Assembly: GCA_034408725.1 (NCBI GenBank)
Contig: JAWXCN010000025.1
Coordinates: 1-17,315, forward strand
From: Candidatus Hydrogenedentota bacterium
Lineage (GTDB): Bacteria; Hydrogenedentota; Hydrogenedentia; Hydrogenedentales; SLHB01
DNA length: 17,315 bases
Reading direction: 5' to 3'
Both the position numbers and the translations under genes were made by a program. Numbering within the stretch: the first letter of the stretch is position 1; each line of letters begins with the position of its first letter. Below, piece by piece: positions 1-7,883 of this stretch. Under the pieces are notes generated by a model. It was given only the letters and a program-made list of their open reading frames with translations. It was not told where the DNA came from and made no database searches.

Positions 1-351
1 GTACCAATAGCCATAGTCCTGATGCCAAATCCACGCGCCGCCAACGAACGGCTCCTTCTGCATCATCTTTGAATGCCAGTGATACGCCTCGCCGCCGAGA
101 ATCTGGTCGGCGCTCGAGGCCATCCGCTTGCACCGAGAGTACAGGCTCAACACGCCTTCGTCCTCGTCGTTCCACAGCGTGATCCTGCTCTTGCCCCCGC
201 CGCCATCAGAGCGCTCGACCGCCTTGCCGGAAATGCTCGGGTCCTGCCGCGCCGCGGTCTTGAGCAGTTCGGCTTCTTCGGCGTCAAAGAGTCCCTTGAG
301 CACGATGTAGCCGTCTTCATTGAACTGCACCAATTCGTTGGTGGAAAGCAT
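1..351 (-). CDS. Phytanoyl-CoA dioxygenase (PhyH) family Fe(II)/2-oxoglutarate dioxygenase, N-terminal part; runs off the left edge
   Basis: Not in the ORF track. Manual translation from ATG 351 gives [26 protein letters not shown]...[29 protein letters not shown]. It has the typical F-x-x-DGY start and the WHQD (HxD) iron-binding motif. GGAGAAAGGGAG SD-like sequence upstream. Confidence 0.9.
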   Translation of the reverse strand, partial: [117 protein letters not shown]

Positions 352-428
352 GCCCAATCTCCCTTTCTCCCGGGTAGCGAATGACACGAGAATACCACGA
401 ACGCCTTGAAAAGCTCATGGAAACGCTG

Positions 429-1139
429 TCACTCGGACTTGCCGCAGTCTGAGGAGCTGTCCGTGTTCCGGTTCTCACCGAAAATACTTTCCCCCAACTG
501 CACGAGATAGATACCCAGGAACATGGGGGCAATGATGAACGAAAAAAACGTAAACAGGAGAAGAATATGGTAGGAGGCGTCATTCGGCGAAGGTTCTGTG
601 ACTCCGCGCATCAGGTCGAACACGACTCGGTCAAGATTGAGCGCGGTCAATGTACAAATAATGAGCAGCACAGGCAATAATGTTACAACTAATTGGGACA
701 AGGGGGCCATGAGTTTCATGCGCCGAATATAAAAAACGTACATGGCGATCCGCCACGCAGCGACGATAACCAAAAACCATGCATTTATCGCGTTCGCAGT
801 TGAAAGGGGCACGAATCGTTCAAGCGGGATCGCGTAGGAAAGACCCGGTGGCGCAGTCAGCGTCACGTAAATTAACAGGTTCCGGTACGGCCATTTGCGG
901 TTCGCCAAAGGCCGGGCAAAAAACCACAACGCCGCGGAAAGCAAGAATACATACACAACGGACCCGATGCCGATCCGTTCTAAGAAGTCTGCGCGGTCGT
1001 GGTCCCAATGCCTGCCGATCCCAACGATCCACGTGCTGCACAAACCGATAAGGAAGTGGCGCCAGTTAGGCGATTCAAGCTCTTCCCTTGTCGCCCGAAG
1101 GAGGAGAATACGAAATGACGTGAGAATTGCGTCCGACAT
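429..1139 (-). CDS. Hypothetical polytopic membrane protein (about 6 TM segments)
   Basis: Long ORF with alternating hydrophobic stretches (e.g. IGIGSVVYVFLLSAALWFF, WFLVIVAAWRIAMYVFYI). ATG at 1139; alternative TTG at 1145. Confidence 0.75.
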   Translation of the reverse strand: MSDAILTSFRILLLRATREELESPNWRHFLIGLCSTWIVGIGRHWDHDRADFLERIGIGSVVYVFLLSAALWFFARPLANRKWPYRNLLIYVTLTAPPGLSYAIPLERFVPLSTANAINAWFLVIVAAWRIAMYVFYIRRMKLMAPLSQLVVTLLPVLLIICTLTALNLDRVVFDLMRGVTEPSPNDASYHILLLFTFFSFIIAPMFLGIYLVQLGESIFGENRNTDSSSDCGKSE

Positions 1140-1182
1140 GTTCAAGCAGTTCTCGCCGTTTAGTGCGTTATCCCAGTGCGGA

Positions 1183-1510
1183 TTATGGTATATCCAGCGA
1201 AATGCCTAGAGCGTGATTAAGCTGCTGTAACTTTTATAGAAGGCAGAGTACCAATGAAGTTTGTTAAGGCGGATTTAGGGAGGCTTACTAGCTCGTCGCA
1301 ATGTATGCTGCTTTCATGTTTAAGTCCCTCGTTCGGCACCACCATAACTTGAGTGGCCAGACCGTCGTAAGCCGTGTATACCGGAGCGCAAATTACGGTG
1401 GAGAAACGTGAGTCGATGGCTACTTGGCGCCCGACCACGATAAAGATGCGGTATTTTTTGGGATCACGGGCGGAAGGGTTCGACACGCGATACATTTCCC
1501 CACGTGTCAT
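1183..1510 (-). pseudogene. mazF: MazF/PemK-family endoribonuclease toxin with an apparent +1 frameshift near 1232-1235
   Basis: MTRGEMYRV...[12 protein letters not shown]...[10 protein letters not shown]...[27 protein letters not shown] is PemK-like. The ORF stops at 1217 after 97 aa. Removing one A from ATAAAAG restores [16 protein letters not shown] ending at 1183 (108 aa). Confidence 0.85.
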
Positions 1511-1740
1511 AGTGGGACTTGATACGTGAGAACGTCAGCGGCTTCTTCGTTGAGAAAGTCGGCGCGGGCATCAATGATCGCCAGGTCTGTTGCGTTCTGT
1601 TTATCGCGATTCAAGTGGTCGACGAATTCGCGAATGGCCTCCTCAAGTAGATCTGATCGGCTAACGTTCGCTTGCCTGGCGCGCGCATCTACGAACTTCA
1701 GTAGATCCTCGGAAAGAGTTATCGATGTTGCTATTTTCAT
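1507..1740 (-). CDS. Ribbon-helix-helix (CopG-like) antitoxin of the type II TA pair
   Basis: [39 protein letters not shown] fits the RHH pattern, with an acidic C-terminus. Its stop overlaps the toxin start (ATGA). Confidence 0.88.
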   Translation of the reverse strand: MKIATSITLSEDLLKFVDARARQANVSRSDLLEEAIREFVDHLNRDKQNATDLAIIDARADFLNEEAADVLTYQVPL

Positions 1741-1746
1741 GGCTAA

Positions 1747-1775
1747 ACTGTACGTGTTGACATGAATTCTGTCAA
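1747..1775 (-). promoter_or_regulatory. Sigma70 promoter of the TA operon (TTGACA-17-TACAGT), leaderless, overlapped by the palindrome TTGACA-N7-TGTCAA
   Basis: The minus strand reads TTGACA GAATTCATGTCAACACG TACAGT TTAGCC ATG: perfect -35, 17-nt spacer, ATG 7 nt after the -10, no SD. Inverted repeat at 1757-1775. Confidence 0.8.
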
Positions 1776-1794
1776 GAAGGAACGCGCAAGTGCT

Positions 1795-2712
1795 CTACAA
1801 CCGTTCCTTTACCCACGCGAGCGCCTCTGGCACATAAATCTCCGTCAATTTATGGTCGCGGTCGTACCAGATCAGTTTCGAGTTGGGGCTTTTTATATAG
1901 GCTTCATAGGTGGCATTCATGCGCGGGACTTCGTAGAAGTCATCGTTCGTGCCCATGAGCATGAGGATGGTTTTGTCCTTTACGCCCCAGGTGAAATCGA
2001 TGGGCGCGGTGGGACCGTAGTCGAGGGCACGCATCGGCGGGACACACGTGATCGCCATCTTGATCCGCGGCTCAACGCAAAGCAGGTAAAACGCATCCAT
2101 ACCGCCCATGCTGTATCCGAGAATTCCGATACGGGCCATATCGGCGTCGCCGCGTTCCGCGATGTAATCGAGCGCGCGCCGGTAGTCTTTTACGGTTTGA
2201 AGCGCGATTTCCGTGAATGTAAAGTACGCGAGTTTTTCGGGCGCGTCGGGGTCCTCGAATTTGTTCACGTGCATGTAATCGATTTCGTTGCTGCGCTCGC
2301 CGTGCGCGGGCGCGTCGAGCGCGAGCACGGCGTAACCCGCGTCCAACAACGCTTTCCGCAGTTCTCCGCCGCTGACATAGTTGCCGTCTTCCCACCAGTC
2401 GTCTTTGCCACCGGACCACCCGTGCAGGAGAAGCATCAATGGCGCTGGTTTTGGAGCGGCCTTCGGGAACTCGATGAAACCCGGAACGAGAAATCCCTGC
2501 GCGCCACGAAACACGAATTTTTGCCGCAGTGTTTTGTCTTCATCCCATTCGCGCACGATGCGCGCTTCGAGCGGGATGTCCTTGTTGTAGTCAAAGAACG
2601 GAAGTCGCGCTTTGTAGGCTTCTTCGGTGATGCGCGGGTATGGGCCGGTCTCTTGGGCGAATGCGATTAGTGGCAGCGAGAACGCGACCAGAAGAGTTAT
2701 AAGTTTCGTCAT
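1795..2712 (-). CDS. Secreted alpha/beta-fold serine hydrolase (esterase or dienelactone hydrolase-like)
   Basis: Signal peptide (..LIAFA/QE), LLHGWSG oxyanion motif, GYSMGG nucleophile elbow, GTNDD acid, C-terminal DH. AAGGA SD. Confidence 0.88.
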   Translation of the reverse strand: MTKLITLLVAFSLPLIAFAQETGPYPRITEEAYKARLPFFDYNKDIPLEARIVREWDEDKTLRQKFVFRGAQGFLVPGFIEFPKAAPKPAPLMLLLHGWSGGKDDWWEDGNYVSGGELRKALLDAGYAVLALDAPAHGERSNEIDYMHVNKFEDPDAPEKLAYFTFTEIALQTVKDYRRALDYIAERGDADMARIGILGYSMGGMDAFYLLCVEPRIKMAITCVPPMRALDYGPTAPIDFTWGVKDKTILMLMGTNDDFYEVPRMNATYEAYIKSPNSKLIWYDRDHKLTEIYVPEALAWVKERL

Positions 2713-2727
2713 GTCGAAACGGTCCTT

Positions 2728-2791
<64 letters not shown>

Positions 2792-2833
2792 CAAGGATAC
2801 TATAGGGAAATACGGCGGGGCTTCATTCTGGTT

Positions 2834-2868
2834 TCCAAAATCCAAAATCCAAAATCCAAAATCCAAAA
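2834..2868. repeat. Heptamer tandem array (TCCAAAA)x5, STRR-like
   Basis: Five perfect copies, directly visible. Confidence 0.97.
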
Positions 2869-2888
2869 TTGTGTAGAATGCCCGCGGG

Positions 2889-3290
2889 ATGATACCAATT
2901 ACTCCAGACACGGCCATTGTACTCGTCGATCACGGATCGACGCATGCCGCCGCGAACGATATGCTTGTCGAGGTTGCGCGCATGCTTCGCGATGCATTGG
3001 GCGGGGGAATGGTCGAGCCGGCGCACATGGAACTCGCGGAACCGACCATTGAACAGACGTTTGCCGAATGCGTTGCGCGGGGCGCGCGGCGAATCGTCGT
3101 TCATCCGTACTTTCTGGCGCCGGGCCGCCACAGTACGCAAGATATTCCACGCATGTGCGCGGAAGCGGCTGCGAAGTTCCCGGGCGTAACGCACACCGTC
3201 ACCGAGCCCCTCGGACTTGATACGCGGATGATCGATGTTGTCCGACGGCGCATCCAAGAGGCAGTCGAGGGAGAAGTTTCCGCGCGATGA
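2889..3290 (+). CDS. cbiX: Short CbiX/SirB-family sirohydrochlorin chelatase
   Basis: VLVDHGS, AHMELAEPTI, HPYFLAPGRHSTQDIP and EPLG motifs with both metal-binding His; single-domain size (133 aa). Confidence 0.88.
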   Translation: MIPITPDTAIVLVDHGSTHAAANDMLVEVARMLRDALGGGMVEPAHMELAEPTIEQTFAECVARGARRIVVHPYFLAPGRHSTQDIPRMCAEAAAKFPGVTHTVTEPLGLDTRMIDVVRRRIQEAVEGEVSAR

Positions 3291-4882
3291 GTATTGCAAT
3301 TGACGCATTCTGCGCGGCGCTGGGCAACGACAAAGTCGACAGCACGTCCGTAACACTCGATCGGTATTCGCGCTCGACCCATACTTCGGGCACGCGGCCT
3401 TGCTGTGTGCTGTATCCCACTTCAACCGCGGACGTGCAAGCCATTGTGCGCGCGGCTTCGGAACATGGCACGGTGGTCTACCCGATTTCGCGCGGCCGCA
3501 ATTGGGGCTATGGAGATGCGTGCGCGCCAACAGACGGCGCGGCCATCATCGACCTTGGCCGCATGAACCGGATTCTCGAGGTGAATACCGAGCTTGCGTA
3601 CACCGTTGTCGAGCCGGGCGTCACCCAGGGCCAACTGAATTCCTATCTCAAAGACAACCGCACGGGTTTGTGGATGGACTGCACCGGGGCGGGGCCGGAA
3701 GCAAGCCTTACCGGCAACACGCTGGACCGCGGGTTCGGTCACACGCGGTATGGCGATCACGTACTCACGACCTGCGGCATGGAAATCGTGCTCGCCGATG
3801 GCCGCGTGATCAACACCGGGTTCGGGCACTATCCCAATGCGCGCGCGAAACACGTTTATCCCTACGGCGTGGGACCGTCTATCGACGGGCTTTTCTGCCA
3901 ATCGAATTTTGGCATCATTACGCGCATTGGCCTTTGGCTTCAGCCCGAACCTGAAGCGTTCATGTTCTTCTTCGTAACACTGCCGCGTGACGAAGACATG
4001 GAAGAACTCATAAACCGTTTGCGTCCGTTGCGGCTTTCGGGCATCGTGCAGAGCGCGGTACACATTGGAAACGACTACCGGATTTTTTCCAGCCGCGGCC
4101 GCTATCCCTGGGACGAAACGAAGGGCGTAACGCCTTTGCCCGAATCGGTCCGCGTGCGTCTCCGGGAATCCCTCGGACTCGGAGCGTGGAACGTCGCCGG
4201 CGCGCTGACCGGCACGCGCGGACACGTCCGCGCTTCGCGCAAGGCGGTGCGCGCCGCGCTGCGCGGCTTGGGACGTTTGAAATTTCTAACGGACAAAGAA
4301 CTCGAACTGGCGTCCCGCGTATTCGGTTTTTTGAGCACCTTCGGAATCGCCACGCGCACTGCGAACCTCGTTGAATCCACCCGGCCCGTATTCGCCGCCG
4401 CAAAAGGAATTCCCGCCGCGGAACCTATCCGCGGCACCTATTGGCGGTTGCGCAACGAGCCGCCGGCGCATATTACCGATCCGCTCGAGGCCGGCGCAGG
4501 CGTGATGTGGATTTCACCGGTGCTGCCCATGACGGGAGCGGATGCGCGCCGTGTCATGCGGACGGTTGAACCCATATTCGCGAGGCACGGGTTCGAGCCG
4601 CTCACCACGTTCACCATGATTAACGAACGAGCCATGATCGCCGTGCTGAACGTCTACTTCGACAAGTCCGTTCCCGAGGAAGGCGCGGCCGCGGAAGCGT
4701 GTCATCACGAACTTGTCAATGCGCTGGCAAAGGAGGGGTATCTTCCTTATCGGGCGGGCACTTCAACGATGCAGGCGCTTCACGAGATAGATGACCCGTT
4801 CTGGGGCTTGCTTACTCAATTGAAGCGCTCCCTGGACCCCGGCGACATTATCGCGCGTGGCCGCTATCTCCCTCCGCTATAA
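3287..4882 (+). CDS. FAD-binding oxidoreductase of the VAO/p-cresol methylhydroxylase (PchF-like) family
   Basis: YPISRGRNWGYG, VVEPGVT, GNTLDRGFG, CGMEIVLADG, YGVGPSIDGLFCQSNFGIIT, GYLPYR and LKRSLDPGDIIARGRY motifs. ATGA overlap with the chelatase. Confidence 0.92.
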   Translation: MSIAIDAFCAALGNDKVDSTSVTLDRYSRSTHTSGTRPCCVLYPTSTADVQAIVRAASEHGTVVYPISRGRNWGYGDACAPTDGAAIIDLGRMNRILEVNTELAYTVVEPGVTQGQLNSYLKDNRTGLWMDCTGAGPEASLTGNTLDRGFGHTRYGDHVLTTCGMEIVLADGRVINTGFGHYPNARAKHVYPYGVGPSIDGLFCQSNFGIITRIGLWLQPEPEAFMFFFVTLPRDEDMEELINRLRPLRLSGIVQSAVHIGNDYRIFSSRGRYPWDETKGVTPLPESVRVRLRESLGLGAWNVAGALTGTRGHVRASRKAVRAALRGLGRLKFLTDKELELASRVFGFLSTFGIATRTANLVESTRPVFAAAKGIPAAEPIRGTYWRLRNEPPAHITDPLEAGAGVMWISPVLPMTGADARRVMRTVEPIFARHGFEPLTTFTMINERAMIAVLNVYFDKSVPEEGAAAEACHHELVNALAKEGYLPYRAGTSTMQALHEIDDPFWGLLTQLKRSLDPGDIIARGRYLPPL

Positions 4883-4920
4883 TTGGTTACAAGGCGAGCC
4901 TGCCTGCCGCTGAATTTTTG

Positions 4921-4929
4921 TGCTATGAT
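4921..4929 (+). promoter_or_regulatory. Putative extended -10 promoter (TGcTATGAT) for the peroxiredoxin
   Basis: TGnTATGAT about 30 nt upstream of the ATG at 4961; the AAGGAG SD lies between them. Confidence 0.45.
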
Positions 4930-4960
4930 TGCTGTCTATATCTGCAAGGAGACCAAAGCC

Positions 4961-5551
4961 ATGTTTATCCGTATTGCCATTTGTGTGATTTTCGCGCTGG
5001 CCGTTATGCCGGTTGCCGCGATAGCGCAGGATTCGTCCAGCACGCTGAAAGTGGGCGATGCCGCCCCGGACTTCGACATCCCCGAGCAGAAGGCCGTCGA
5101 AGGCGCGCCGAAAAAGCTCTCAGATTTGAAAGGCAAGAAAAACGTCCTGGTCGCGTTTTATCCCAAGGCCGACACGCCCGGCTGCACCAAACAAATGTGC
5201 GGTTACCGCGATGACATCAGCAAGCTGCAATCCGCGGACACCGAAGTAATCGCGATCAGCGTTGACCAACAGATGGACAGCGAGAAGTTTCAGGAAAAAT
5301 TCAAACTGCCGTTCCCCGTGGTTGGCGATCCGCAGCGCAAGACCATTGATGCCTATGGCGTCCCGCTGAAAGAATACAGCGGCAACAAGTTCGCGCAACG
5401 TTCCGTGTTTGTTGTCGACAAGGAAGGCAAAGTCCAGTACATCGATCTGGATTATAAAGTTGTGGAAGACAAAGACGCGCTGTACAAAAAGATTGAATCG
5501 CTGAATGGCGGCGCCGAAAAGCCGGCAGAGGGCGAGAAAAAAGAGGCGTAA
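4961..5551 (+). CDS. bcp: Exported peroxiredoxin of the BCP/PrxQ family
   Basis: LKVGDAAPDF, FYPKADTPGCTKQMC (PxxxTxxC plus a second Cys five residues later), RSVFVVDKEG. Sec-type signal peptide (..AAIA/Q). AAGGAG SD places the start at 4961. Confidence 0.9.
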   Translation: MFIRIAICVIFALAVMPVAAIAQDSSSTLKVGDAAPDFDIPEQKAVEGAPKKLSDLKGKKNVLVAFYPKADTPGCTKQMCGYRDDISKLQSADTEVIAISVDQQMDSEKFQEKFKLPFPVVGDPQRKTIDAYGVPLKEYSGNKFAQRSVFVVDKEGKVQYIDLDYKVVEDKDALYKKIESLNGGAEKPAEGEKKEA

Positions 5552-5567
5552 CCGAAAGCGGTTTCCG

Positions 5568-5602
5568 GCCACGCGCGGCAATCTTCCGTGCGTGGCTTTT
5601 TT
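5568..5602 (+). terminator. Rho-independent terminator between convergent genes
   Basis: GCCACGCGCGG-caatctt-CCGTGCGTGGC stem (one G-U pair) followed by TTTTTT. Confidence 0.8.
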
Positions 5603-6680
5603 ATTGGGTTGTCGTGTACATACCCGGGTCGGGCAGGTTGTCCTCAAAAATTTGCACGCCGTTCTCGACGCGCAATTGGTCCATGATCTTGGAATAGAGA
5701 ATGTTGTACTGAAGTTCCGGTTTCGATTCCTCCAGGCTCTTGGGCGTTTGGTCCGTCCGTCCGGTCACGAGACACACGAGCACGCCATCGGGATACGGTT
5801 TGTCCGTGATACGTCCTTGCGCGTCTTCCTCTTTTGCGACCCAGCCTTGAATAAAAATGGGCCCGACCACGTCGCCGATCTGCGCGTTTTCACCCTGTTC
5901 CCAAAAGGATGCATAGCGTACCTTTCGCGGATCATGGTCGAGTTCCGACTCGATGAGCTGTGCATTCAGGTTCGCGAATTCAGTGGCGACGGCCTCCGGG
6001 GCCGCACCTTCGGTAAGTCTCTTCTTGATTTCAAGGCCCGCCGCCCGTATCTCCTGCGTATTTCCCGGCGCCAGCACACCCGCGAATGCCACCCGCTCGA
6101 AATGGTTTAGCTCCGCGCGCCGGATTTCGTACTCCGCCTGATACTCCGCGTCGCCAATGGTCATCAGGCCTTCCTTCATCGCCTGTTCAATACGGTATTG
6201 GACACCCGCTTCCGCCTTGAGTTTTTGCCATTCTTCGTCGATTTTTATTTCCCGTTCTTCCGCCATGTATTGGACGTCGCGTTCGGTCAAGTTGTAGTCC
6301 TGCGGGCGTTGAATATCGATGAAAAGTTGCGGCCGCTTGTAACGCAGGAGTTGCTCCGCCAACTCGCGTGGCACAAAAATTTTCGCTTGTTCCTCGAGCA
6401 CGGTGGCGTTCGCGTTGCGCACTTGCGCGTCGAGATAATTCTCGAGCGACTTACGCACGTCGCCCTTGGTGCGAATCAGGGGACGTTCATCCGGCGCCAT
6501 GTCCCGGATGACCTTGTCGAAGTCGCCGCGCGTAATCGATTTGCCGCCGAGTGTTGCGATGCGGATGCGGTCCTTGTCCGCGATAAAGCCACAAGAAACA
6601 AGGCTGGCGCAGCAGATTAGCGCGGCGAGCACGCGAAAATCAGGCAGTCTTGCGTTTACGATCACGTCGTGCTCCTTCAA
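5601..6680 (-). CDS. PrsA/SurA-like foldase lipoprotein with a degenerate parvulin domain
   Basis: Lipobox LVS/C; IATLGGKSITRGDF SurA-N-like start; KSLEESKPEL...IMDQLRVENGVQI C-terminus typical of PrsA/PpiC-type proteins. Start codon uncertain. Confidence 0.65.
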   Translation of the reverse strand: MKEHDVIVNARLPDFRVLAALICCASLVSCGFIADKDRIRIATLGGKSITRGDFDKVIRDMAPDERPLIRTKGDVRKSLENYLDAQVRNANATVLEEQAKIFVPRELAEQLLRYKRPQLFIDIQRPQDYNLTERDVQYMAEEREIKIDEEWQKLKAEAGVQYRIEQAMKEGLMTIGDAEYQAEYEIRRAELNHFERVAFAGVLAPGNTQEIRAAGLEIKKRLTEGAAPEAVATEFANLNAQLIESELDHDPRKVRYASFWEQGENAQIGDVVGPIFIQGWVAKEEDAQGRITDKPYPDGVLVCLVTGRTDQTPKSLEESKPELQYNILYSKIMDQLRVENGVQIFEDNLPDPGMYTTTQ

Positions 6681-6742
6681 ACGGAAGCCAATTTCGGGAT
6701 TGAGGCGTGATTAGTTTACCATCGGAATTAGGGCCATAACAG

Positions 6743-7192
6743 TCACACAATCAGAAAGCCCGCATGATCAGTCACGGACCCCGGCGCGCCGCTATCGAGG
6801 GACTTGCGCAATGCGTCCGAGACGGGCATTTTTTCAAGCGTTTGCGCATCGATGCAGACATATACGGTCTGCGCGGTCGCAATGATCGGTACCGCGCCCG
6901 CAATGCGAAATTCATGGAAGATTTCAAACGAAGTCGTCCCGACGCGCGCGGTATTGATTGTAATTTCCATCACATTGTCGAATCGCGCGGACGCTTTCCA
7001 CTCGATGGTCTGTTTCACCAACTGATAGTCCAACTCACCCGCGATCAGTTCTTCACCGAATCCCAGCGCGCGCAGATACTCCGTTGTGCCCAGCTCGACA
7101 TATTCGCCGTAGCGCGCGTTGAACACGATTTTTTGTCCATCGCATTCGGCATAACGCACGCGGAGGTAATAGCGAAAAGGAGAGTTTGGCAT
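6743..7192 (-). CDS. Acyl-CoA thioesterase, hot-dog fold (YbgC/FadM/4HBT family)
   Basis: RVRYAECDGQKIVFNARYGEY motif, ARFD, RVGTTSF. Confidence 0.9.
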   Translation of the reverse strand: MPNSPFRYYLRVRYAECDGQKIVFNARYGEYVELGTTEYLRALGFGEELIAGELDYQLVKQTIEWKASARFDNVMEITINTARVGTTSFEIFHEFRIAGAVPIIATAQTVYVCIDAQTLEKMPVSDALRKSLDSGAPGSVTDHAGFLIV

Positions 7193-7202
7193 ACTGGCCG
7201 GA

Positions 7203-7874
7203 TCAACCCGCCACAACAGATGCGACAGAGGTTTTCAAGTCGTCGAGATGAACACGTTCCAGCCAGGAGTGTTTTAACACACCGTCTCCGTCCAACACGA
7301 ACGTGCCCGGCAATTCACCCGACCACTTGGAGCTCTCCACGCCCAGCATCTCGATCAGGGTGTCGGGCGGGACATCTTCGAGGACATACACGGGAAATGG
7401 GATTTTTCGCTCGGCGACAAATGGTTTCACGACGTCGTCGAACGAATAGAGCGGGTCCGCACTCAAACTCAGAAATGCGATCTTGTCCGCGTCGCGTTCA
7501 GTATAAAACTGCGCGAGCTCCGGCATCTCTTCGAGACACGGCACGCAGAACGTCGCCCAGACATTGATCACGAGCGTCTTGCCTTTTGCGCCGTCTAAAA
7601 GCATTTTCAATTTTTCGGGATTCGCCAGCGAGACCTCGCCCGTGACTACAGGTGCGACGGTCGCCGGCGTTTCCGGTGACGCGGGCGGTGGCACAGGCAG
7701 TTCCAAGACAGGCGTCGAAGCCGGAGTTGGTAATGCAGCTTCATTATTCTGCACGGCGACCGGCTGGCTGCAACCGGACAGAACGACAAACGCGCACACA
7801 AAAAACGCGGTGGTGCGCCGGAGGTAAGTTCCGGCGCACCATGCGAAAGGAATTGTCACAATGGGAAACTGCAT
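7203..7874 (-). CDS. TlpA-family thiol:disulfide oxidoreductase lipoprotein
   Basis: GKTLVINVWATFCVPCLEEMPEL (CxxC), LPGTFVLD cis-Pro loop, lipobox LSG/C, Pro-rich linker. Start uncertain. Confidence 0.88.
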   Translation of the reverse strand: MQFPIVTIPFAWCAGTYLRRTTAFFVCAFVVLSGCSQPVAVQNNEAALPTPASTPVLELPVPPPASPETPATVAPVVTGEVSLANPEKLKMLLDGAKGKTLVINVWATFCVPCLEEMPELAQFYTERDADKIAFLSLSADPLYSFDDVVKPFVAERKIPFPVYVLEDVPPDTLIEMLGVESSKWSGELPGTFVLDGDGVLKHSWLERVHLDDLKTSVASVVAG

Positions 7875-7883
7875 GCGCGGGTA

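Noticed and set aside
73..398. Short ORFs in the track at 73..384, 128..310 and 147..398
   Set aside because: Explained by the edge-truncated PhyH gene in another frame.
1762..2670. 302-aa + strand ORF
   Set aside because: Antisense shadow of the hydrolase, typical of GC-rich codon bias, with no recognisable motifs.
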